NCBI GenBank assembly: GCA_902783245.1
Contig: CACZQF010000187.1
Location: 1 to 55,494, forward strand
Source of the DNA: an uncultured Spirochaetaceae bacterium
Lineage (GTDB): Bacteria > Spirochaetota > Spirochaetia > Treponematales > Treponemataceae
DNA: 55,494 nt
Direction: 5' to 3'
A model generated the notes under the pieces. It did not search any database. It worked only from the letters and a program-made list of their open reading frames with translations, and was not told where the DNA came from. Shown here in pieces: positions 9,072 to 17,654 of this stretch. Every line of letters begins with the position of its first letter. Within the stretch, counting starts at the first letter, position 1. The position numbers and the translations under genes were made by a program.

Positions 9072-10555
9072 ACGGCTCCTATATACGAAAGCAGCTCCGC
9101 GGCGACTGCACGGCTTTTTTCTTCTGCGGCTTCCTGCAGCCGCGCTCTGTCTGCCTGCTTCAGCGCGCGCTGCCAGGTGATATAGTCAGCCGGACAGACG
9201 TTTTTTATCCATTCTTCGCTTTCAGAAAGCCTTTGCAGGCATTCCTTGAGCGCCTGCCGCCGTTTTTCGCGCGCTGGCAGGGGAGCTGCGCTGGTAAGGT
9301 GCGGCATGGTTATGCCGCCCGGCAGCGTGATGTCGTTCCAGGTGAGCTCGCGCATGGTGCCCAGCGTGTTTGCATATGTGTACGGTCCTGATAGCCTGAA
9401 CACGCGGCTGTAGAATCCTGCACTGCGGGTAGAGAACCAGTCGCGGTAGATGTTCAGGGATTCTGACGGCAGTCCCGCAGCTGAGAGTCTGGTACAGAGC
9501 GGGCGCAGCCTGCTGTCGGTCAGTCTGTTGCTGCGCTCAAGCGCATTCGGCTGCAGATGCTGATAGCCTTTTGCCGGGGCAAGATCGAGGCCGCAGCAAT
9601 AGACTGGCCCTGTAGTAAGGCGCAGTGCAAGCTCAACCGCCGTGCCGCTGACCGTTCCATTGCGCTCCGCCGGTAGTGACGGTATGCCGCAGGAGTTAAG
9701 TATCTGTGCTTCAGGAAATGACCGGTAGGTGAGCGGTACTACGGCGCAGGTTCTGAGCAGCTGCGGTCGGCACGCGGCTTCTGCGGCAAGCAGCAGCGGA
9801 ACGCCGGGGTTGTGTTTTGTCAATATATCGAGATGGGCTTTTGCATAGTAGCCGCCGTCCGTTGAAATGCAGGCATCGGGGCGGATGCCTGCATTGAGCA
9901 GGGGCTCAAGCGCAGAGGATACGGCCAGCAGAAAATAGGTATGGCGGTACTGCCTGAGCTGTTCAAGACAGGTTCCGAGACTGGGACCTGACGCCGCCAC
10001 GATGACGGGTGCGGAACCGCCGGTGATTGTCATGCAGCTGGTAAGCTCCGTGACGAATGTACAGCAGTTTTTATACCATCTGCGCGCAAAATAGGTACGG
10101 GTAGCGAGTACCGCCCTGCTTTTGACCACAGCTTGTTTTATAGCGTTCCATGCGCCGGTATTTTCCTTCGGAAAAGCCGCTGCACCGGGCTGCCATGAAA
10201 GGAACTGCGTCTCGGCAAGGCCTTCCTCACCGAGCATTGTGTACAGCCTGTTTTCTAAGTCGGCCTGTGATGTGTAATACAATACAGAATCCCACTTGGA
10301 GTCGCTGGCTGAAAAATCTGTGCTGTATCTGACTGCAATAAGCGCAGCCTGCGGAAACTTTTGCCGCAGAATATCAGCAGTGTAGGAGAGTGCAGGACCT
10401 GTTACGATTATGTTCTGGGGAAGAAAGGTATATTCTTGCGCGGATACAAACCGCTCCGCCTCCCGTTCAGGGTTATAGGCGGAGTGCAGCGGCAGTCCTG
10501 CGCAGGTACAGGTTGTGCTGCCGTTTTTTGCCTGAAAGAAAACAATGCGGGACAA
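9068..10555 (-). CDS. Second Maf/DUF115 family paralogue
   Basis: HSAYNPEREA, VAASGPSL, PDACISTDGG, NGTVSG, CGLDLA; 4-bp overlap with the next gene. Confidence 0.75.
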   Translation of the reverse strand: MSRIVFFQAKNGSTTCTCAGLPLHSAYNPEREAERFVSAQEYTFLPQNIIVTGPALSYTADILRQKFPQAALIAVRYSTDFSASDSKWDSVLYYTSQADLENRLYTMLGEEGLAETQFLSWQPGAAAFPKENTGAWNAIKQAVVKSRAVLATRTYFARRWYKNCCTFVTELTSCMTITGGSAPVIVAASGPSLGTCLEQLRQYRHTYFLLAVSSALEPLLNAGIRPDACISTDGGYYAKAHLDILTKHNPGVPLLLAAEAACRPQLLRTCAVVPLTYRSFPEAQILNSCGIPSLPAERNGTVSGTAVELALRLTTGPVYCCGLDLAPAKGYQHLQPNALERSNRLTDSRLRPLCTRLSAAGLPSESLNIYRDWFSTRSAGFYSRVFRLSGPYTYANTLGTMRELTWNDITLPGGITMPHLTSAAPLPAREKRRQALKECLQRLSESEEWIKNVCPADYITWQRALKQADRARLQEAAEEKSRAVAAELLSYIGAV

Positions 10556-10557
10556 TG

Positions 10558-11004
10558 TCAGTCCTCTGACAGGAATTCTTTGATTTCCTGAAGTGAGTAT
10601 CCCCTTCCGGCAGGAAGCAGGAAGATTGTGTCTGCCACCGTCTTTCCGAGAACCGGCTCAAGGCTCTGAGATAGTTGTGTCTGCAGCATTGATTCGGGAA
10701 TGTCATGGCGGCTGAATATGACTACTTTGATTTCGCCGTTATATGAGCTTACGCACAGGTTTGGAAAAGAAAACAACTGCCGAAGCAGGGCATAGGACTC
10801 AGCGAATACCTTGTTGAAGTCCTCCTGCGTATGGGTGAGCTCTTTAATGACTTGTTTCAGGGAGAGTATTTTGAAATGCGCTTCTGAAATGCGCAGGCCG
10901 ATTTCGACACCTTTGGCAATGCCGGTAAGATCGGCACCGCTAAAGGAATCCTCTCCGGATGATCCGGGGAGGGATGTTGCTTCTGCTTTTGTAAGAAGTC
11001 CCAT
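10558..11004 (-). CDS. Hypothetical protein
   Basis: Restarted at ATG 11004 (MGLLTKAEA...), 1 nt after the upstream stop; fills the operon gap. Confidence 0.65.
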   Translation of the reverse strand: MGLLTKAEATSLPGSSGEDSFSGADLTGIAKGVEIGLRISEAHFKILSLKQVIKELTHTQEDFNKVFAESYALLRQLFSFPNLCVSSYNGEIKVVIFSRHDIPESMLQTQLSQSLEPVLGKTVADTIFLLPAGRGYSLQEIKEFLSED

Positions 11005-11005
11005 C

Positions 11006-12919
11006 TTATGCCAGTCCGAGCTCCGTGAACAGCTTTTTGTAGATGGCAAACTGCGGTGAGCGTGCGAACTCTGCGATCTTTTCATCAGGCAGGTTTTCGA
11101 GCAGCCGGTCCATGTATGAAAGCACGGACTTTATATCTTTTGTCAGATCCGGCGGCAGGGTATCGGTTCCGGCTGCAGGGGCAGCAGGAACGGCGGGCTC
11201 AACAGGTGCGGCCGGAGCAGCGGTCTCTGCTGCCGGTTCATCTGTCGGCTCTTCAAGCACAGGCTCATCAATGACGGGCTCTTCGATAACAGGTTCTTCA
11301 ATTACAGGCTCATCGAGCGCAAAGTCGTCAAGTGCCGGCAGATCATCGGCAGGTGCTTCGATGACCGGCTCTTCGATAACTGGCTCATCAATGACTGGTT
11401 CTTCAATTACAGGCTCATCGAGCGCAAAGTCATCAAGTTCGGGCAGCTCTGCGGCCGGCGCAGCAGCCGGTTCATCTGCAGGAACTTCGGCGGCAGGAAT
11501 GTCTGCAATCGGTGATTCAGGCAGCTCCGCATCAAGCTCCGGCATAGGCGGCAGCTGTGCATCAAGAGGCTCGTCCTCCGCAGGTGCAGGAGCATCCGGC
11601 AACGCTTCAGCGGCGGGTTCATCAAAGACAAAATCATCTACGGGTGCTTCCGGAAGATCGCCGAAGTCAGGCAGCTCCGCTTCTACCGGCGTCTCTGCGG
11701 GCGCGGCGGCGGGAGCTTCGTCCGGACCGATAAGATCATCGGTTGCCGGCTCTACCAGGATATCTTTTGCGGCTGTGTCTGAGGGCACGTCGTCACCGAA
11801 AGAATCAAGCTCAAAATCATCGGCCACTACAGGCTCCGGAATATCGCTTTCCGGAACAGAAGCGTCAAAATCAATATCGAAGCTTCCTGTGTCAAGCGGG
11901 GTATCGTCTGCATACAGTTCATCATCCAATATAGAAGATGATTCGGGTACCGGTGCAGAAAGAAGTTCTTCTGCATTCTCGGGAATCGGCGCTTTGCTTG
12001 TGTCCAGACCGGCAAGCGAGTCCTCAAGATCAGGAATCTCCGGCAGATCATCAAATGAAATGTCTGAGTCAGGAATGTCATCCGTTACGGGAGCCGCAGG
12101 CTCTGCGGCTGGAACTTCAGGTTCGTCCACCGGTTCCGCGTCAAGTACCGGTTCGGCATCAAGTACCGGCTCCGCTTCGGTAAAATCTGCGTTGCTGACG
12201 ATTTTGTTGAGCTCGTCTGTGGAAAGTGCAATATCTTCATCATCAGCAGGTTCGTCAAAGAAGCCGGAAGGACTGATTTCAGGAATATCGGGAACAATGT
12301 CTATGGTGTCGGGTTCATTGCTGCGGTCTTTTTTCAGCTCGGTGAAGTCCTGTTTGAGCGTAGTGATCTCACTGCGAAGGGAGGAAAGCTCTTTCTGGAT
12401 CTGGAGCAGGATAGCCATGCTGTTGTCCGCCGGTGCTGCGGGCGCGGCAGGCTCCGGCTCTGCAGCGGGAGCATCAGGTTCAGTGAACAGTGCGGTCTCT
12501 TCATCAAAGGTATCAGGAATATCATCAGGCAGTTCCAGTCCTGCTAAGTCATCTGTACCGAGATCGGGCGCTTGTGCCGGCGGCTCTGAGACGGGCAGTG
12601 CAGGCTCTTCGGCCACAGGTAGATCTCCTGCCATAATATCAGCTTCAGGAACATCAAGTATGCTTGCGGTGTCTGCCGCGGGATCATCAGCTGCTATAAT
12701 ATCTGCTGTACCTGCCAGATGAGAAAGCTCCTCGCTGCTCAACGTTACATCGTTATCATCATCAGAGAATGATGATATCGTTCCTTCGGTATCAGGAATA
12801 GGAAAATCGGATACATCGGGGTCGATGTTGACTGGTTCATGCTCGTTTTCCGCATCTCTCGGAGGTTTTTTAACCCATACACCGTACATATCAAGTTCAC
12901 TTGTTTTTTCCGAATCCAT
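11006..12919 (-). CDS. Highly acidic Pro/Asp/Glu-rich protein with central coiled coil and helical C-terminus
   Basis: 637 aa; GAGG RBS; ordered-looking ends (ELDMYGVWVKKPP; DIKSVLSYMDRLLENLPDEKIAEFA...LFTELGL); coiled coil LLQIQKELSSLRSEITTLKQDFTELKK. Confidence 0.8.
   Translation of the reverse strand: MDSEKTSELDMYGVWVKKPPRDAENEHEPVNIDPDVSDFPIPDTEGTISSFSDDDNDVTLSSEELSHLAGTADIIAADDPAADTASILDVPEADIMAGDLPVAEEPALPVSEPPAQAPDLGTDDLAGLELPDDIPDTFDEETALFTEPDAPAAEPEPAAPAAPADNSMAILLQIQKELSSLRSEITTLKQDFTELKKDRSNEPDTIDIVPDIPEISPSGFFDEPADDEDIALSTDELNKIVSNADFTEAEPVLDAEPVLDAEPVDEPEVPAAEPAAPVTDDIPDSDISFDDLPEIPDLEDSLAGLDTSKAPIPENAEELLSAPVPESSSILDDELYADDTPLDTGSFDIDFDASVPESDIPEPVVADDFELDSFGDDVPSDTAAKDILVEPATDDLIGPDEAPAAAPAETPVEAELPDFGDLPEAPVDDFVFDEPAAEALPDAPAPAEDEPLDAQLPPMPELDAELPESPIADIPAAEVPADEPAAAPAAELPELDDFALDEPVIEEPVIDEPVIEEPVIEAPADDLPALDDFALDEPVIEEPVIEEPVIDEPVLEEPTDEPAAETAAPAAPVEPAVPAAPAAGTDTLPPDLTKDIKSVLSYMDRLLENLPDEKIAEFARSPQFAIYKKLFTELGLA
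11246..11440 (-). repeat. Intragenic 15-nt (EPVI[E/D]) tandem repeats nested in a 105-nt duplication
   Basis: TTCTTCAATTACAGGCTCATCGAGCGCAAAGTC is identical at 11294-11326 and 11399-11431; protein LDDFALD(EPVIx)4 occurs twice. Confidence 0.85.
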
Positions 12920-12966
12920 ATATTCCTCTCAGGTAATAGATATCCGTAAATAATTATTCACTGTAT

Positions 12967-12994
12967 ATATCGGTATGAACGCTGATTTTTATTA
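12967..12994 (-). promoter_or_regulatory. Sigma28 (FliA)-like promoter
   Basis: Minus strand TAAT-N16-ACCGATAT, ~48 nt upstream of the 12919 start; shares CATACCGATA with the flbD promoter. Confidence 0.6.
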
Positions 12995-13077
12995 GCGGCA
13001 TTTTTCCGGCAATACCAGTAGTATAACATAGTTTAGCGCTTCAGAAAATAGATGTATATGCCGATAGTACAAGTATT

Positions 13078-13581
13078 ATGAAATGTTTGTCTGTTCTTCT
13101 GGCAGCATGTTTAGGAACTTTCGTCTACGTCTCTACATCTATAACCGGCGGTCATGATGGTATACTGGCTGAAAAGAAGCTTGCGGAGCAAAAAAGACAG
13201 CTTAGTGTACGGACTGCTGAAATTCAGAAGATTAACACGGAGCTTTCCCTTGAGTTTACGGCTATCCAGATGGATCCTGATGTGATCGCGGCGTTTGCCC
13301 GTCAGCTCGGCTATGTGGGTAAAAATGAAAAGCTTGTTAAGATTACCGGCCTGCCGTCCGCGCCCGTTATGTCCTATAATACGGGTACCGTGCTCAAGCA
13401 TCAGAGTATAACCTGCCTGCCTGAATGGGTTTGCAAAGCGATGGGATTTACGGTATTCTTATGTGCCTTTGTATTTATGCTGCTGCTTGATTACCGGCAT
13501 ACGGCGGTCAGACAGAGCAAAAGGCAGAAAACTCATAAGGTATCAAAAGAAATTCCAGTATATGATTTGCCGCAAATCTGA
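13078..13581 (+). CDS. Septum formation initiator (FtsB/DivIC-like)
   Basis: N-terminal TM, coiled coil, DPDVIAAFARQLGYVGKNE motif; extra C-terminal TM. Confidence 0.7.
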   Translation: MKCLSVLLAACLGTFVYVSTSITGGHDGILAEKKLAEQKRQLSVRTAEIQKINTELSLEFTAIQMDPDVIAAFARQLGYVGKNEKLVKITGLPSAPVMSYNTGTVLKHQSITCLPEWVCKAMGFTVFLCAFVFMLLLDYRHTAVRQSKRQKTHKVSKEIPVYDLPQI

Positions 13582-14134
13582 TTCAGAATCCGCCCGGCTT
13601 GCAGCTGATATGCTCAAGGCCGGGAAAATCGTCATACTGCCCACGGACACCGTGTACGGTTTTTCAGGAATCGTTGATGTTCCTGGAAACCGGCCGTATG
13701 CTGCCGATGCAGCCATACGTGCGATAAAGGGTAGGGCAGAAACAAAACCGTTCATCCAGCTTATTGCAGATCCGTCAGATCTGCAGCGTTACAGCGATGA
13801 AGTTATTCCTAAAACACTGCTTTCAAAATGGCCCGGGCCGCTCACAATCATTGTACTAAGAAAAGATGGAGTAACCACCACCGCGTTCCGTTGTCCCGGT
13901 GATCCGTGGCTGCGGAGTATCGTGGCTCAGTGCGGTGCGCCTGTCTATTCTACGAGCGTTAACCGCAGCGGCAGCCCGGTGCTTACTACGGAGCAGGAAA
14001 TAGTGAAAGAGTTCTCCGATGAGGCTGATCTTATCATTACTGACGGGGATAGAAAAAACGCAGTGCCCTCTACGATTGTACGCGTTGATGACGGAGCCGT
14101 GAAAGTTCTTCGTCAGGGCAGCGTTATTGTATAA
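13562..14134 (+). CDS. tsaC: L-threonylcarbamoyladenylate synthase (YrdC/Sua5)
   Basis: PTDTVYG, IKGRAETKP, WPGPLTII, STSVNRSG, PSTIV; restarted at ATG 13562. Confidence 0.9.
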   Translation: MICRKSDSESARLAADMLKAGKIVILPTDTVYGFSGIVDVPGNRPYAADAAIRAIKGRAETKPFIQLIADPSDLQRYSDEVIPKTLLSKWPGPLTIIVLRKDGVTTTAFRCPGDPWLRSIVAQCGAPVYSTSVNRSGSPVLTTEQEIVKEFSDEADLIITDGDRKNAVPSTIVRVDDGAVKVLRQGSVIV

Positions 14135-14184
14135 GGGCACCTCGAAAAGGCCGTTTCTGCGGTCTGAAGTTTTTCGAGGTTTCC
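14134..14184. repeat. Palindromic REP/MITE-like element between convergent genes
   Basis: AGGGCACCTCGAAAA...CTGAAGTTTTTCGAGGTTTCC; the arm matches 153-187. Confidence 0.65.
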
Positions 14185-14194
14185 GTAAAAAAAG

Positions 14195-15073
14195 TTATTG
14201 CCGTGTCCAGAGCACCGGCGCTTCTCCGGTCCGTGCGCCGGTCGGAGAGGCCGGATCTTCTATAAGGGTTTCTTTGGTGCCTGACATTGTGTCGTCATCA
14301 GTCATGGTTAGCACCCATTGCAACGGCTGTGCCGTCGGTGCGTTTTCCAGCGCGATCTTTCTTGGCAGCTCCGGGAAAAATGATGCGTTCGGTTTTCCTG
14401 CCTGCGTGATGCTGATAGTGGATGTGCCGTCCTGACCGCTCTGCAGAACCGTTACGTTGATATTCATCGTTGCACCGTTCTTATAGATAACGAATCCTCT
14501 GCCGCCTCTGAGAATAACTATTTTCGCAATGTATTCTTCTCCCTGCCATGTGCCGGCAAGGAATTCTGTGGAAACCTGTGTGCGTATGGGTTTTGCAGTC
14601 TGGACTGCATCGGGCTTTATATTTCCGCCTCTGATTTTATCTATAAGTCCTGTGATGGACGGCTTCGCATCCGTAAGTATCTTATAGTACGAAGAATATT
14701 CTTTTGAAAAATCTATAGTATCTCCGTTCTCCATGTTCCGCGCATGGAGCGTACAGATCCAGTTTGTATCTTTTGCAGAATCCCCGGCTATCTCTGCATA
14801 CACCGCGTAGCCGGTACCAGCCGCCGTTTCAGCTGCCTGCCGTACATTACTTTGAACCTGCGGATCTTTGCTGCGGTCCGTTACGGTAAGGCTGCTGATT
14901 TCTTTAAGCTGGGTCAGATAGAGATTGCGTGTCATGTCGATCATGTTTGCATCTACGCCCGCCGCATCAAGACCGTAGAATTCAATAGAACTGACGGTCT
15001 GTGCATAGAACAGCGTACATGAGAAACATAAACTGAAAACTGCTGCCAGCAGCTTTTGCATCCTATCCGGCAC
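14195..15073 (-). CDS. Exported hypothetical protein (position matches the treponemal TP0183-like gene)
   Basis: Signal peptide (LLAAVFSLCFSCTLFYA-Q); lies between tsaC and smpB; family assignment from recalled synteny only. Confidence 0.6.
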   Translation of the reverse strand: MPDRMQKLLAAVFSLCFSCTLFYAQTVSSIEFYGLDAAGVDANMIDMTRNLYLTQLKEISSLTVTDRSKDPQVQSNVRQAAETAAGTGYAVYAEIAGDSAKDTNWICTLHARNMENGDTIDFSKEYSSYYKILTDAKPSITGLIDKIRGGNIKPDAVQTAKPIRTQVSTEFLAGTWQGEEYIAKIVILRGGRGFVIYKNGATMNINVTVLQSGQDGTSTISITQAGKPNASFFPELPRKIALENAPTAQPLQWVLTMTDDDTMSGTKETLIEDPASPTGARTGEAPVLWTRQ

Positions 15074-15103
15074 GTATACTCCTGCGGTTTACTGCATGCG
15101 GCA

Positions 15104-15568
15104 TCAGCTCCGCTGCATGCTTTTGAATTCGCGCTGCATGTCACGGCTGACATCGCGCTCACGTATATCCGCCCTCTTATCAAACAACTTTTTACCCTTA
15201 CAGATACCGAGTGTTATCTTAACTCTGCCGTTTTTTAAATAAAAATCCAGCGGAATCAGCGTAAATCCTTTTTCCTCAGTTTTTCTGATCAGACGTTTGA
15301 TCTCGTCCCGATGCAGCAGAAGCTTTTTTGGACGGTCAGGGTCGTGGTTGAATACGGATGAATAGGCGTACTCGGAGATATGAAATCCCCTCAGCCATAC
15401 TTCACCTTTTACAATATCGGCAAATGCATCCGGAAACGATACGCTTCCTGCTTTTACGGATTTAACCTCCGTTCCCTGCAGTGCGACGCCGCATTCAAGG
15501 GATTCTTCTATAGAGTAGTTAAAACGGGCTTTTTTGTTCACCGCGATTATTTTCCGATCCTGTGCCAT
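15104..15568 (-). CDS. smpB: SsrA-binding protein
   Basis: NKKARFNY, GTEVKS, RPKKLLLH, GKKLFDKR. Confidence 0.97.
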   Translation of the reverse strand: MAQDRKIIAVNKKARFNYSIEESLECGVALQGTEVKSVKAGSVSFPDAFADIVKGEVWLRGFHISEYAYSSVFNHDPDRPKKLLLHRDEIKRLIRKTEEKGFTLIPLDFYLKNGRVKITLGICKGKKLFDKRADIRERDVSRDMQREFKSMQRS

Positions 15569-15632
15569 GGCTTAAATATACGCTTTTACATCATTGATTT
15601 CAACCTCGTTGCCATGAAATCCTTGATATGAT

Positions 15633-16349
15633 ATGCTGTATGTTATGAGCAGGGAAAATAACCTGTATGAACTGTCATACACGATGAAAAGGGAGCTTCA
15701 GCGGAGAATTCTGTCTGTTGCCGGCCTTTGCGTTTTAATATTTGCAGCCATTACACTTTTTTTACGGTTTGTACTGTTTCCGGTACGCCAGAAGTCTGTT
15801 TCAATGGAACCTGATGTTGTTTCGGGCGGCTGGGTGCTTGTTTCTCCGATCGGTAAAACGCCGGACAGAGGAGATGTGGTTCTGTTGAATCCGCTGAATA
15901 CCTATGAACGGACGGCGGGGATGGGACTTATGGATACCGTAGTTTCTTTTTTTACCGGTCAGCAGATCTTTCCGTTTTCTCCGGTTGACGGCATGGGGCA
16001 TTCCTATGTGCTGCGCCGTGTTGTCGGCGTGCCCGGCGATACTCTGTATATGACCGGATATGTCGTATTTGTAAAACCTGCAGGATCCTCTCATTATCTG
16101 ACGGAATTTGAATATTCCAAGTCCGGCTATAAAGTGAATATTACCACAACACCGGAGAAGTGGGACGGTACGTTGGGAGTGCAGTCCGGATTCTCTGAAA
16201 TAACGCTGGGGTCGAACGAGTATTTTGTACTGGGCGATAACCGCAATTCTTGTATTGATTCCAGATTGTGGGGACCGGTGACGACTTCTGGTATCAGAGG
16301 TAAGGCGCTCGTACAGTATTTTCCGTTTAGAAAATTCAAGCTGCTGTAA
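15633..16349 (+). CDS. lepB: Signal peptidase I
   Basis: TM, SVSMEP (catalytic Ser), RGDVV, RRVVGVPGD, YFVLGDNRNSCIDSRLWG; Arg at the usual catalytic Lys position. Confidence 0.85.
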   Translation: MLYVMSRENNLYELSYTMKRELQRRILSVAGLCVLIFAAITLFLRFVLFPVRQKSVSMEPDVVSGGWVLVSPIGKTPDRGDVVLLNPLNTYERTAGMGLMDTVVSFFTGQQIFPFSPVDGMGHSYVLRRVVGVPGDTLYMTGYVVFVKPAGSSHYLTEFEYSKSGYKVNITTTPEKWDGTLGVQSGFSEITLGSNEYFVLGDNRNSCIDSRLWGPVTTSGIRGKALVQYFPFRKFKLL

Positions 16350-16361
16350 CCCTGAAATCTT

Positions 16362-17654
16362 ATGGAACCCGCGCTTTATATCCACATACCGTTTTGCAAA
16401 TCAAAATGTGACTACTGTGATTTTTACAGCAAGGCGCGGTCTGTTGTTCCTGACGGATATGTTGCGGCGGTAAAGAATCAGATAGCCTTTTATAAAGAAA
16501 AGTATGCGGTTTCTGCTTGGAAAAGCGTCTATGTGGGAGGCGGAACTCCCAGTATGCTCCGCCCGGGGCAGCTGGCGGCCTTGCTTTCTGGTCTGCCGGT
16601 GCAGGATGGTGCTGAGATTACCGTTGAGATGAATCCTGATGACATTACTGATGATCTGCTGTCTGCTGCAGAATTCAGCGGCGTTACCCGCATTTCGGTG
16701 GGAATACAGGCGCTGGATGACAAGGTACTTGGTGCGGTACACCGGCGATGTACCCGGCGTACGTCTGTTACTGCGCTGAAAAAACTGCGCAGACGGTGGA
16801 AAAAACAGTTATCTGTAGATATGATTGCAGGACTTCCTCTGCAGACAATGGCTTCATTCATAAAAGGACTTAAAAAAGTTCTGTCGTTCGGGCCTGATCA
16901 TGTGTCACTGTATTCCCTTACAGTGGAAGATGATACTCCGCTTGCAAGGGCGCTTAGACAGGGCAAGCTTGCCGCCTGTGATCCTGATGAGGCGGATGCG
17001 ATCTGGCTTGCCGGACGAGACCTGCTTGTTTCTGCCGGATTGCAGCAGTATGAAGTTTCTAATTTTGCCCGGCCGGGCTTTGAAAGCCGTCATAATATGG
17101 TTTACTGGCGCCTTGAGAATTATGTAGGGGCAGGCGCGGGCGCAACGGGTACGTTGTACGGCGGCTGCGGTGAGAACGGCCGCAGATGGACGAATACTAC
17201 GAGTATTGACCGCTATATTTCGTTCTGGAACAGCGGTGCTCTTACGAATGTGACTGCGGGCGGCTTGCCTGAGACGGTGGAAACGCTTTCTCCTGCCGTA
17301 CAGGAATTTGAATATCTTATGATGGGATTCCGTATGCTGCAGGGAATTGACAGCGACACGTTCAGGGCCAGGTTCGATAAGGATCTGGGTAAACGTATCG
17401 GAGACTTTGCAGGCGGTGTGTTCGCCGAATGGAAAGAAAAAAAACTTGCCGCATCATGGAAAACAACGGATGCGGCGGCGGGATCCGCCGGCGCATCATC
17501 CGCAGTCGCGGGACCTGCGGGCTCTGTTCCCGCAGGTCGTCCGGCAGCTGTAGTACCCGGGAATCGGGCTAACGTGCACTATGCACTTACAGCAGAAGGT
17601 CTTCTGCTGTTGAATCAGTTTCTTGAGGTTCTGATTGAGGAACAGGTATCGTAA
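16362..17654 (+). CDS. hemW: Radical SAM heme chaperone (HemW/HemN-like)
   Basis: YIHIPFCKSKCDYCDF, GGGTPS, YEVSNF, HNMVYW (HemW HNxxYW). Confidence 0.85.
   Translation: MEPALYIHIPFCKSKCDYCDFYSKARSVVPDGYVAAVKNQIAFYKEKYAVSAWKSVYVGGGTPSMLRPGQLAALLSGLPVQDGAEITVEMNPDDITDDLLSAAEFSGVTRISVGIQALDDKVLGAVHRRCTRRTSVTALKKLRRRWKKQLSVDMIAGLPLQTMASFIKGLKKVLSFGPDHVSLYSLTVEDDTPLARALRQGKLAACDPDEADAIWLAGRDLLVSAGLQQYEVSNFARPGFESRHNMVYWRLENYVGAGAGATGTLYGGCGENGRRWTNTTSIDRYISFWNSGALTNVTAGGLPETVETLSPAVQEFEYLMMGFRMLQGIDSDTFRARFDKDLGKRIGDFAGGVFAEWKEKKLAASWKTTDAAAGSAGASSAVAGPAGSVPAGRPAAVVPGNRANVHYALTAEGLLLLNQFLEVLIEEQVS

Noticed and set aside
11246-11440. Repeats as a CRISPR array
   Set aside because: In-frame, synonymously varying coding repeats with no unique spacers and no cas genes
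11043-12722. 559-aa Ser/Gly/Ala-rich plus-strand ORF
   Set aside because: Antisense shadow of the Asp/Glu/Pro-rich gene; its composition follows from the reverse-complement codons, and it has no RBS or motifs
13040-13067. GCCGATAG sigma28 -10 box before the ftsB-like gene
   Set aside because: The -35 match is poor (TTCA/TCAG) and it leaves almost no leader; not supported well enough to call
15074-15632. tmRNA gene next to smpB
   Set aside because: Flanking gaps are only 30 and 64 nt, with no tRNA-like ends
16362-17654. HemN coproporphyrinogen III oxidase call
   Set aside because: Short N-terminus and the HNxxYW motif indicate HemW
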